DNA from: Chthonomonadales bacterium
Lineage (GTDB): Bacteria > Armatimonadota > Chthonomonadetes > Chthonomonadales > CAJBBX01
Direction: 5' to 3'
Length of the DNA stretch: 64,000 nucleotides
Assembly: GCA_037443035.1 (NCBI GenBank)
Contig: JBBIPC010000007.1
Coordinates: 64,001 to 128,000, forward strand
The notes under the pieces are model-generated. The model saw only the letters and a list, made by a program, of their open reading frames with translations. It was not told the DNA's origin and searched no databases. Shown one piece after another: positions 56,301 through 64,000 of this stretch (within the stretch, counting starts at the first letter, position 1; each line of letters begins with the position of its first letter). A program made the translations under genes and the position numbers.

Positions 56301-58376
56301 CCGCAAGGCAGGGTTACTGCCAACTCCGAGGTAGATGTACCACGGAACACGGGCCCGGCTCCGGAAGATCCGATCGGGAGCAGTTACCAGGTTCAGAGGC
56401 TCCCCCTTCACGCTGAAGGGGATTGCGCGCACGGACGCTGGCTGGCCCGTGCGAGGGCTCACGTTCACGTAGATCATCTTGTCCGTGGCGCCGGTCAGGT
56501 CATCCCGCACGTATCCCACCGTCGGAGCACTGCGGAGCGGCTCGGTGCCAGGTGCGTCCGGCACCAGCCCCTCGCCGGTTCCCGCGGGGCTGCCAATGTG
56601 GAAGGGGCTTCCGCCGGTCGCCGGGTCTATGGCCAGTACTCGCCCACCTGCGCTCGTGCTCAGCGCGGCAAAGATGACACCCTCCGAGAAGGCGACCGCG
56701 GGCACGGGATCCGTCGGCCCGAGCCCATAGTCTGTTGCGCCCGTCTGAGCAGGCAGAACCGCCCAGTCAGCGACCGTGTAATCCGCGAGACCTGCGTACT
56801 GAACCCCGTTCACCGTTCTCAATGCCACTGGCAATGCACGCACCGCCACCACCGTGCCGTTGGAGAGCACGACGACGACCAGCTCGCGGTTCGGCGACGT
56901 CAGCAGCCCGGGCGCCGCTGGTGGATTGGTGTCGAAGAACTCGATCACGGTTGGAGTGGACGCGCCACTGATGGGTCCGTACTGCTTTAGGTCGAACGCC
57001 CAGACGCAGTCGAAGGACGCGCCCGCGTTCAGATCCACCAGACCGTCATCCGGATTGCCGTCTCCGTCCAGATCCTCTCCTGGATTCGTATCGAAGCAGC
57101 GCAAGACGAGGTCGCCACCTACGGCGAAGACGCATCTTCGCAGGAACGCGGCTCCGCCTACTCTGGACGTTCCTCCTCCAGGAGCCGACCACTTCTCATC
57201 GAGCTGGGCAGGCACTCCCTCGATAGCCGAGCCACTTCGCCGCGGATCCACGAAGGCAGTGCGATGCGCCACCGCCCAAAGCGCCAGGTTGTAGGCGAAT
57301 TTCAGGTCCTGGGGCTTGGCCGCCAAGAGGTTCTGGCCGCTGATGGCTCCACAGTTGCCGCCGAATCCCACCTGCACTCCGCCCACATAGTCGTTGATTG
57401 CGCACCCTGTGTCTTGCGAGCTGACGACTAGCTTGCCTGCGCCCACTGCACCGGCGATTACGTAGGGGCGCCAGTTGGCGTTGGCCGTTCCGCCGGGGCC
57501 TTCCGGGTATCCGCGCGTGTTCCATACGACGGGCACGAGTGTCTCCCGTCCCGGAGGGTTCAGGGCGTTCTTGCCAGCAGACGGATCATAGTAGGTGGGG
57601 TCCGATGGATCGTAGGGATTGAAGACGTACCACCCACCGACGTTCTTGTCACCCAGCGTCCGCACCTCCTGAGGGCTCAGGACGTAGGGGTAGTTCAATA
57701 AGGGATGGTTCGGGGTGGCGATGACGGCTCCCGGCTGTCCAGGACCACCGGCCGATCCGCCGCTATGGAACTGGATGTCGAATAGGAACGGAGCGTAACG
57801 GTTGAAGGTGAAGCCCCCGCACTGCTCCACCCACAGGGTGCCGCCACTCTCCACATAGCTCCGTAACTTCTCGCGGGTGTCAGCCGGCAGGGCCACGTCT
57901 GGCTTGTGCGAGTGCATGTACAGCAGGTCGAACTGCTGGAGATCCGAGGATTCCAGCGCGTCAATGTTGACCTCCCAGTAGGCACCCATGTTCTTGGTCA
58001 CACGTGCACCCACACGGAAGAGCTCGTACATCGGGTTCCCCGGCGTGAACGCGGGATCGTTCCCTCGGCTCCGCCGCCGCCATCGCTCGTGGATGTCGCC
58101 CGTGATAACGGCAGGAGCCAGCGGATTCACGAACTCCACGCCGGTTGGCTTCAGATCCGTCCGCGAGTCCAGCACATAGAACACGTGTGGATCGGGGTTC
58201 TCGGAGCCCTGGTTGCCTGGCAGGTCGAGTGCCCGCGTCGCGATGATGCCCACGCGTATCTGGCGCCTCTGCGAGGAGTACGTCTGGGCGTCAGCGAGGG
58301 CAGACCCCGCCGCCAGGACCAGCAGCGCCCCAACCAGCGTGATACGCACACTCAAGCCATATTGCATCGGTCTCAT
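53388..58376 (-). CDS. Large secreted protein (about 1660 aa): DUF4159-like N-domain plus PQQ/NHL-like beta-propeller repeats
   Basis: Signal peptide ending ALA-D; FDLLYM...LRSYVESGGTLWVE...HPLL; DLDGDGNPDDG; LIADSGRL, VVDTGNNRVV, IADSGNYRVVE. Start 58376 or 58391. Confidence 0.72.
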   Translation of the reverse strand: MRPMQYGLSVRITLVGALLVLAAGSALADAQTYSSQRRQIRVGIIATRALDLPGNQGSENPDPHVFYVLDSRTDLKPTGVEFVNPLAPAVITGDIHERWRRRSRGNDPAFTPGNPMYELFRVGARVTKNMGAYWEVNIDALESSDLQQFDLLYMHSHKPDVALPADTREKLRSYVESGGTLWVEQCGGFTFNRYAPFLFDIQFHSGGSAGGPGQPGAVIATPNHPLLNYPYVLSPQEVRTLGDKNVGGWYVFNPYDPSDPTYYDPSAGKNALNPPGRETLVPVVWNTRGYPEGPGGTANANWRPYVIAGAVGAGKLVVSSQDTGCAINDYVGGVQVGFGGNCGAISGQNLLAAKPQDLKFAYNLALWAVAHRTAFVDPRRSGSAIEGVPAQLDEKWSAPGGGTSRVGGAAFLRRCVFAVGGDLVLRCFDTNPGEDLDGDGNPDDGLVDLNAGASFDCVWAFDLKQYGPISGASTPTVIEFFDTNPPAAPGLLTSPNRELVVVVLSNGTVVAVRALPVALRTVNGVQYAGLADYTVADWAVLPAQTGATDYGLGPTDPVPAVAFSEGVIFAALSTSAGGRVLAIDPATGGSPFHIGSPAGTGEGLVPDAPGTEPLRSAPTVGYVRDDLTGATDKMIYVNVSPRTGQPASVRAIPFSVKGEPLNLVTAPDRIFRSRARVPWYIYLGVGSNPALRPRVVAVYRSAADGAYGFRELEYTTSGNPGNNQWHELFDMGEARVKTGPVVEFTNIELPDGTRVGLRSVSPVDEAVTILADYTYDWAPPVGSTYPKVNARSVFVAPDPTDSNNSIGGAPALARNDLLYFTGRASNDSDTYPGRSALIAVHEQGSNQSRVRWTYSLYDAFDMTVNGNRVSIPARMRRSNGVFLTHMRFFGTPAVHGETVYAVASGVAQGGQPVSVLCAFKADPEFVLRLNTRIDPGTRVRVRQPNLFVDRGGQQEPWIELAAGQYTVDYESGTIHITAMAPPGAIAAAYISASVPFVVQVGNGPEVVSIPTRADSDGWRRGGPDNVDNLLWFSVLPAPAASSPTVLGDIVWVGLADGSVVSVDADPAASNPEFQATGSEVPYRWVTAPLAVRGDVVPAQPAIAAPAVSGGVMAMATGAGVFAMEDTVTLIADSGRLLEVNAAGEAVWACDGTRTFDIANGPLTDYTDPTNPIIGTGIPAGQRVPFRRPSVARRIGNNDILVVDTGNNRVVAIDRGGYARWEVSRFQDDYKGLLRPGDPMVLNEPTDCSYWVEFQPNLAIQGGPYSYTGPGYVMHYLIADSGNYRVVEIIDVVKASGEPLMVRQLNYVSSTLARQGKRYRYRAVQRIVMRNSELPALPSYWRENPYDPNAMPLDLRYLTVATVSNARMVDRNVPLTATVGSGEALESGGGSVAILKETGDPLAVVTNLRIPVDSGGTPSVRIQPILNPTWLSSFKEMEGGNLVTKFLLADANGVYQVRLNFVDHPDNSPPYIEPVFDVEWLLTAEDYFAMTGKRLQASCVVRLTASAENPTFPTLRQYLIANRFSGEDYPGVFGTTVNVISSSAFHGEVFVVKPSTFHFGSGHGYVPDYGVISSPLGNFLWPNDGGTYIINGVTQQVPQASIIRRVPSESVPRPPYAVIHRPGDTNTTFGGDPPGGIRRTVGDKDRGTWTSILEQPAFADRPY

Positions 58377-58417
58377 CGCCGTATATCCCATCGCCACCGG
58401 CCGTTCTGTGCGCACCG

Positions 58418-61400
58418 CTACCGATCCTCGCCGAAGTACACGAATCCAGGACACACTGGCAAGCGCGGCAGCGGTGGAAGCGTCCGGCCGTAATCATCTT
58501 GTCGGAAACTTCCGCGCGCGACGTGCGCCCAACCGTTGCGCCGGTAGAAACTCCCGCCAGTCGGGCTGTAGTTGGAGTAGGGTGCGCCAAGCGCCGGATC
58601 ATAGAGAATGCGCAGGCCACGGGTGATGCCCGCCGTCCGCTCGATCTGCGCACGAAAGTCGTTCGTTGCGGGGTTGCCTGTCGGCATACCCACGTCCGTG
58701 ACGAAGAGATGCTCGCGAGGCACTTCTGCGGCAGTTGTCGAGCTCGGGCTTTCGCCCGTCGAACCGTAGCGCTGGGGGATGTAGCCCCAGAGCTGCATCC
58801 ACGCCGCCTGATCCGCCACAGACGCCGTTCGGTTCTCGGCGATGGCCCCGACGATGGTGATTCGGCAGTCAATCGGCTCGCCGTAGAACGGGAACTCGTC
58901 GGCAACTCCGGCTGGCCGTAGCATGGTTCCCTGCTGAGCACCCGAGGCAGCATGACGCCGCCGAGCGGCATCCCGCGTGTCAGACGGATCCACATTCAGC
59001 GGATAACCGGGGATCACGAAGAACGATCCCTCCTGCGCATAGAGCACTGCCTCGATCCGAACATCCATGGGCACGATGGCAGCACGCGAGAAGAGATAGT
59101 CCTGCGTACCGGCCCCCGAAGTGAAGTTCGGGTCCACGGCCGGACGGATCGTGTTCTTCACGCCGGGCTGCGTGAATAGCGTATAGCTCGTACCGCCGAA
59201 CGGGAACGAAAACCGCTGCTGTTCGAAGAGGTCCACGCCTGGCTGCGTGCCGTTGTACATGGGATAGACCCATGCGGGCACCGGCGGATTAGCGCTCACG
59301 TTGAACCTGTAGAAAGGATCGCCGGGCGACGGTGGCGGATATGCCTCGTTGATCGCCAGGTTGAGATACGTGATGCCGGGTGGTGCGCCGTGTCGCATGA
59401 GCAGGAACGGTCCGCCAGCAAGTGTGTACTGGGTCGGGTCGTCGCCGAACGCGAACTCCAGCGCGAATGGTGGCGTCCGTGCGGCCTCACCCAGATCGAT
59501 GTTGGTATGGTAGGGCGGAAGCTCGTTCTGGTTGCTCGAAGCGAAGGTCATGGGCTTGTTGGGCGCCACGAACATCGTCGTATTGACAACCACGTTCTCG
59601 CGAGCCAGCAACGCGATCATGGACCCTGCGCTCCGGTCGGCATTGGGCCCGCCGGTGTTCTCGCGTACCAGGCTTCCCTCTATATAGATGTTCCTTCCGG
59701 AAACCAACGTGATGGAGGGCGGGTTCACGGCATCGCGGATGGCGTCGGCCGTCAGGCCATCCGTGTCACCGGCCTCCTGCCGAATAGGAATGTTGGCAAC
59801 GGCAGGCAGAAGCCCTTTGACTCTCACGTTGCCTTCGGCGTAGATGACACCGTTGAACTCCGGCAAGAACCTGTTGATCTCGGCATCCGTCATGCCCTGG
59901 TCATTGGCCAAGAAGTCCCTGTACAGCGCGTTGTCCAGCTTGAGTACGGGGCGGCGTCCCGCTGCTTTGTAGATGAAAAAGGTGAACACCTGCTCCCGCG
60001 TTCGAATGAGGCCGCTGGGGTCCACCCACATGGCGTCGCTGACGTCTCGAACGATGCGAAAGCCAGGCGTACGGACGTAGCTGCCAGGTATGGGGGCTCC
60101 GTTGACGTCCCGCTCTTGCACGATCGGATACCCGAACTCGATCATGGCAGCCGGCGGAATGTAGTAGGGCCCGTTCCAATAGGGGCTGGAACCCGGTCGG
60201 AGCCATACGGAGCGGAGGGACTGTCCGCCTGCGACGCCTGTCGTCTCCAGTTCGCGGCTTCGCGTGTTGTTGATGTAGATGCCTGCGCCAAGGCCGATGC
60301 GGCCGGTATTCACCCATCCGCCACGCGTTCTCCGGCGCAGGGTCCACCCTGAATCCCTCGTCAACAGCACGTACCGCCCAACACCCGAAGAGGGATCCGA
60401 GGCGTCTATGCTCGGCGGTTCCAGCCGGCTGATGCTCCGCGCGTAGCCGTTGATGTCCGGGGTCGGCGCGGCATCTCGGATGAGGCCACCGTACGTGCGA
60501 TACGCTGGCGCGTCGCTGGGCAGGATCACAGGCAGGCCCGTGCCGGTACCCAGCGGCGGCGGCAGGGGATCCACGTTACCCGCATTGACCGACAGGTCGT
60601 TGATACGCGGCAGTTGTCTCGTGGGATCGTTGGGATCGGCGGGTTCCACCTTCACATTGCCAGCCACGTAGACAGCCTCGCTGTTCCGTGGATTCAGTGC
60701 GATGGTCACGTTATGGAGCAGCCGCAGGTCCCCGTTGATGTACATAGGTGCGCCGGGCAGGGGATAGCTAGCCGGTGGCGCGTTCAGACCGACCGGACGC
60801 ACTGGTAGGCCACCTAGCTGCATCCACGCCGGCACACCGATGGGAGGCATTCCGATGGCAGCCTCGAACTTGCTTTCCTTGTCCCGGTTGGTGACGAACC
60901 GCAGGTAATCGGTGATACCGATGGCCTTGTGGGCGATCCGACGCCGCATGAGCCTCGGTGCAGGCGCCGCGGTGAAGGTGGTCGGGTCCTGGGGATCCAC
61001 GAAACCAGGCCGGCCGATGGACTCGATCCGCAGGTACTTCCCGAGCGGCTTCTGAGGATCGGGTTCCATGCTGACCCGTACCAGGGCTCGGCCGCGGCTC
61101 AAAGGTATGCGTGTGTAGAGACCCGTCTCCAGCCAGCGTCGGTCCGGATCACGGGCGTCGGTCAGAGGCGTGGGCGTTGGTCGCCAGTCGGCTCCCTCTG
61201 GGCTGTTCTCCAGGAAGTCGCTGACATACCTGATGCCTGCATCGGCCAGGGCCGCTGCCGAGACAGTCTCGCGGGCCCGACCAGCGTTGAGGAGGTTTCG
61301 AGCGACGAGACCCACGAACAGCCCACCGATGAAAAGCATGACGAACAGCGCAATGACGGCCACGATGAGGGATTGGCCGCGTTCGTGGCGCCGGTCGCGT

Positions 61401-61441
61401 CTGACGTCCAGTTGGTACCTCATGTCGCTTCTGGTCCTCAT
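58418..61441 (-). CDS. Very large PilX/GspK-like minor pilin
   Basis: RRHERG|QSLIVAVIALFVMLFIGG (class III signal without E5), A..LADAGI.Y, IESIGR, later NGVIYAEGNVRVKG. Confidence 0.72.
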   Translation of the reverse strand: MRTRSDMRYQLDVRRDRRHERGQSLIVAVIALFVMLFIGGLFVGLVARNLLNAGRARETVSAAALADAGIRYVSDFLENSPEGADWRPTPTPLTDARDPDRRWLETGLYTRIPLSRGRALVRVSMEPDPQKPLGKYLRIESIGRPGFVDPQDPTTFTAAPAPRLMRRRIAHKAIGITDYLRFVTNRDKESKFEAAIGMPPIGVPAWMQLGGLPVRPVGLNAPPASYPLPGAPMYINGDLRLLHNVTIALNPRNSEAVYVAGNVKVEPADPNDPTRQLPRINDLSVNAGNVDPLPPPLGTGTGLPVILPSDAPAYRTYGGLIRDAAPTPDINGYARSISRLEPPSIDASDPSSGVGRYVLLTRDSGWTLRRRTRGGWVNTGRIGLGAGIYINNTRSRELETTGVAGGQSLRSVWLRPGSSPYWNGPYYIPPAAMIEFGYPIVQERDVNGAPIPGSYVRTPGFRIVRDVSDAMWVDPSGLIRTREQVFTFFIYKAAGRRPVLKLDNALYRDFLANDQGMTDAEINRFLPEFNGVIYAEGNVRVKGLLPAVANIPIRQEAGDTDGLTADAIRDAVNPPSITLVSGRNIYIEGSLVRENTGGPNADRSAGSMIALLARENVVVNTTMFVAPNKPMTFASSNQNELPPYHTNIDLGEAARTPPFALEFAFGDDPTQYTLAGGPFLLMRHGAPPGITYLNLAINEAYPPPSPGDPFYRFNVSANPPVPAWVYPMYNGTQPGVDLFEQQRFSFPFGGTSYTLFTQPGVKNTIRPAVDPNFTSGAGTQDYLFSRAAIVPMDVRIEAVLYAQEGSFFVIPGYPLNVDPSDTRDAARRRHAASGAQQGTMLRPAGVADEFPFYGEPIDCRITIVGAIAENRTASVADQAAWMQLWGYIPQRYGSTGESPSSTTAAEVPREHLFVTDVGMPTGNPATNDFRAQIERTAGITRGLRILYDPALGAPYSNYSPTGGSFYRRNGWAHVARGSFRQDDYGRTLPPLPRLPVCPGFVYFGEDR

Positions 61442-61453
61442 GTCGCGCCGCTC

Positions 61454-63517
61454 CTACCGCTGCAAGTTCCGCACGCGTATCTTCTGCGTGAGCGTGGCCG
61501 ACTGCGGCTGACCGGAGTTGAAATCGTACAGCTTGACACTCACCGCCGCGGTCATGAGTTGGCGGGTCAGGTAGCTAGCCTTCACTACATCGGAGCTGCG
61601 GTTGTTCTGGATCTGGTACGTCACTTCGATGAAGACAGGGTTGCCACTGCCATCTAGGCTCTCCGGCAGTGAATTCGGAGTTCCGGCCGCGTCGTCTGCA
61701 CTGTTGAAGATGATGGTCCCAGCACGCTGAATCGTGCGCAACATAGCCTGCACCCGCGGGTCCGGATCCGTGATGGATAGGTTCGCGTTGGCGATGTTGG
61801 CATAGTTGATCAGATACTCGTTGGGTCCAAGGCGCTTAGGATCCGTGTACCGAGGTGCCCGCGTGTACGTGATCGGCTGACCATAGTGTGGCCCCGGCCG
61901 CATGTCCGGTCCTACCACTGTTTCGGATCCCGGCACGATGCGCACGTCGGGGATGCGCGCCAACGCAGGCTGAGGATCCGCCGGATTGTCTGCAGGCAAC
62001 ATGCCGGTGGGGTTCTCGGTCGCGTCGTACGGCAGGAGCGACACGGTACGGTATGCGTTCAGCGCGTTACCAGCCGTGGTACGAACATAGTTGAACTCAG
62101 CGTTTGCCTGCGACGGCCGGATCCTGGTCGGCTCGCTTGCTCCACTCTGAGTGATGCTATGCGGGAAGGCGAAGTTGATAACTCCGCGCCTCTCGTCCAC
62201 GGTGAACATGAGGAACCGCCCCGGCACCATGGTTGCCGGCAGCGCCCACGGCCGCTTCGGATCGAAGCCCGTGTCTTGGGCGCTCATGATGGTGCCCGAG
62301 GTCGTGTCGAAAGTCACGTATTGCACGTTATGGCCGGTCACACCATCCCAGAAGAAGTACTCCAGCGGTTGAGCTGCCAGGTCGCTCCGATAGACGTAGG
62401 TCGCGAACGGAATGGCCCAGTGGCCGTAAGACTGTATCTCGGCGCTCGGCGGTACGCTGGGTGCCTCCGAGCTTGTGTCATCCGTGGAGCTAGGCACGCC
62501 CGGATCGTTGCCGATATAGGACGGCTGGAAGCGCACCTCCGGCGATATCCGCATGCGAGGCAGTCCGGCAACCGTGTCGTACACCGGATCGCCGTTGATG
62601 TCCCTCGTAGCCGTCACCATGTCGGCACGATCTACCGGCACGAGGGAGCGAGCAATGGCCTTCCAGTTCTCGCTGTAGTTCACCTGCCCGTCTCCGTTCA
62701 GGTCCTTCCAGCCAGGCATGGCAGGCGACGTGATGGAGGGATCGGACGGCTGCTGCACGACATCGTTGTCGTAGAAGAAGTTGGCATCGGCCAGTGCGCG
62801 GTCCACTGTACCGTGCCGTCCCAGGTTGATGAGCCTCGTGTCCACGCTGCCGTTGCGCGTGTACACGGAAAACACGGCGCGGTACAGCAGGAACGTGTTA
62901 TGGTCGTCATCGAGCAGAGTGGGGTTGCGCTTGCTCTCGTAGATATTGACATAGGGCTTGATGGGACGTCCGCTGGTGCCATACGTCCCGTCCGCCATAG
63001 TCGCGTTGTCGCGCAGGCCGATCCAATAGCGGTGGATCACACGCCCTGGCGCCACCGGCAGGGCAAGGTCGCCTCGTGCTTCCTCCACAGGCAGCCCGGT
63101 CGTCGGATCGATTGGAATGGTCGGGTCCAACGTCGGGTTCTGGTCGTTCACCCTCGCAGGTGGCACCAGGTCCATTCTCGCAAATGGTACGCCCATGGGC
63201 ACTGCAGGCATGGCGCCCGTCCCACGTGGTGAACGAGGATCCGGCACCCAGAAGTTCACATCCTGTCCGCTATTGTCGAACACGAACACACCGTCGGCGA
63301 TGTCCCGTTCGATCTGTTCCATGACCTGACGAGCCGCATCCTGGGCCAGCACCTGCACGCGCGCCCGGTTGGTCAGGTTGAACCCCTGGATCATGGGTCC
63401 GAAGAGAAGCCCTAGCAGGATGACGGTGATCGCCATGACCACCAGCATCTCCACGAGGGTGAAACCCCTCTGGCGGTTTGCTTGGACGCTATGCCTAAAG
63501 GCGAAGCCAGGTGTCAT
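61454..63517 (-). CDS. Large prepilin-type N-terminal cleavage/methylation protein (PilW/GspJ-like)
   Basis: RQRG|FTLVEMLVVMAITVILLGLL, then Q..AR..MEQIERDI. Confidence 0.85.
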   Translation of the reverse strand: MTPGFAFRHSVQANRQRGFTLVEMLVVMAITVILLGLLFGPMIQGFNLTNRARVQVLAQDAARQVMEQIERDIADGVFVFDNSGQDVNFWVPDPRSPRGTGAMPAVPMGVPFARMDLVPPARVNDQNPTLDPTIPIDPTTGLPVEEARGDLALPVAPGRVIHRYWIGLRDNATMADGTYGTSGRPIKPYVNIYESKRNPTLLDDDHNTFLLYRAVFSVYTRNGSVDTRLINLGRHGTVDRALADANFFYDNDVVQQPSDPSITSPAMPGWKDLNGDGQVNYSENWKAIARSLVPVDRADMVTATRDINGDPVYDTVAGLPRMRISPEVRFQPSYIGNDPGVPSSTDDTSSEAPSVPPSAEIQSYGHWAIPFATYVYRSDLAAQPLEYFFWDGVTGHNVQYVTFDTTSGTIMSAQDTGFDPKRPWALPATMVPGRFLMFTVDERRGVINFAFPHSITQSGASEPTRIRPSQANAEFNYVRTTAGNALNAYRTVSLLPYDATENPTGMLPADNPADPQPALARIPDVRIVPGSETVVGPDMRPGPHYGQPITYTRAPRYTDPKRLGPNEYLINYANIANANLSITDPDPRVQAMLRTIQRAGTIIFNSADDAAGTPNSLPESLDGSGNPVFIEVTYQIQNNRSSDVVKASYLTRQLMTAAVSVKLYDFNSGQPQSATLTQKIRVRNLQR

Positions 63518-63530
63518 CGTCGTGCCTGCC

Positions 63531-64000
63531 TCAGTTCGAACCTCTGGTCAGGAATGTGTCCAGGTCGTTGCGTCGCCAACGAAGCGTCGTCACGTTGGAG
63601 CCACCGGCGGTCCGTGTCACAGTGGCGCCGCCGTTCCACACCACACGAACCTTGAACGAGATGCCTTCTACACCCTGTGCGACGACGACCGGCTGGTCCA
63701 GCGCCCACCCAACGGCCTGATCCGTCGGCGAGTTGTGGTTGTCCAGCAGGTCGATCCAGGTCAAGAAGCCGAAGCCCATGCTCTGGAACAGGAGGGGATC
63801 GGCGTTGATCCGATAGGTCTCGTTGGTACCGCGTCGCAACGTGATGGTATTCGTCAGGGTATTCAGCGAGTAGTACCAGAACTCGCGGATGTTGATGGTC
63901 TTCCCCGCTTCCATGAGCGAGAAATACATGCGGGTAGGCTCGCCTTTGTAGCGGCCACCGCCAAGGTAGAACTCTCCATAGCCTAGGTTGGACGTGTTTG
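63531..64000 (-). CDS. Partial CDS (C-terminus), probably another minor pilin-locus protein
   Basis: The frame stays open to the window edge (NTSNLGYGEFYLGGGRYKGEPTRMYF...); stop lies 13 nt before the prepilin gene. N-terminus not visible. Confidence 0.6.
   Translation of the reverse strand, partial: NTSNLGYGEFYLGGGRYKGEPTRMYFSLMEAGKTINIREFWYYSLNTLTNTITLRRGTNETYRINADPLLFQSMGFGFLTWIDLLDNHNSPTDQAVGWALDQPVVVAQGVEGISFKVRVVWNGGATVTRTAGGSNVTTLRWRRNDLDTFLTRGSN

Noticed and set aside
46040..63232. Several long plus-strand ORFs (e.g. 46040..47140, 48044..49384, 59390..60352, 61886..63232)
   Set aside because: Antisense shadows of long minus-strand genes with strong codon bias; no recognisable motifs.

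Overview
Gene-dense, GC-rich bacterial chromosomal window. I saw no rRNA, tRNA, CRISPR array or mobile element. The gene mix (Lnt and a secretin, indicating a diderm; an SLH protein; a PASTA kinase; DUF6785- and DUF4838-like proteins; Gly/Met-rich pilus proteins) suggests Armatimonadota or a related lineage, which is inference. From left to right: (1) envelope genes (partial GT39 glycosyltransferase, lipoprotein, lnt, murA, mreB, SLH protein), an orphan DegT aminotransferase and hsp20 with a HAIR-like operator; (2) two divergent secreted carbohydrate-active proteins; (3) a 10-gene minus-strand operon (13151-23668) encoding a group 4a, formate-hydrogenlyase-type membrane [NiFe]-hydrogenase (HycC/D/E/F/G/I). 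It has no HycB, but includes an AsrA/AsrB-type NAD(P)H flavoprotein pair, a stand-alone cNMP-binding protein and an FdhF-like subunit that has lost its Mo-ligand Cys/Sec, catalytic Arg and many cofactor-binding residues; CRP/Rex-like boxes lie upstream; (4) housekeeping genes (LOG, DUF4838, lepA, yjbQ, rpe, pknB, aroBKC); (5) a type IV pilus/T2SS-like locus of at least 26 kb with very large minor pilins, two giant secreted beta-propeller proteins (about 1660 and 2785 aa), pilM/N/O/P-like genes, a stand-alone secretin-N0 protein and a secretin; the PilN/O/P-like, N0 and secretin proteins carry Gly/Met/aromatic low-complexity tracts. The best candidates for an undescribed system are the pseudo-FDH/AsrAB/group 4 hydrogenase complex and the oversized pilus locus. 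All family calls come from motif recognition by eye, not from database searches.
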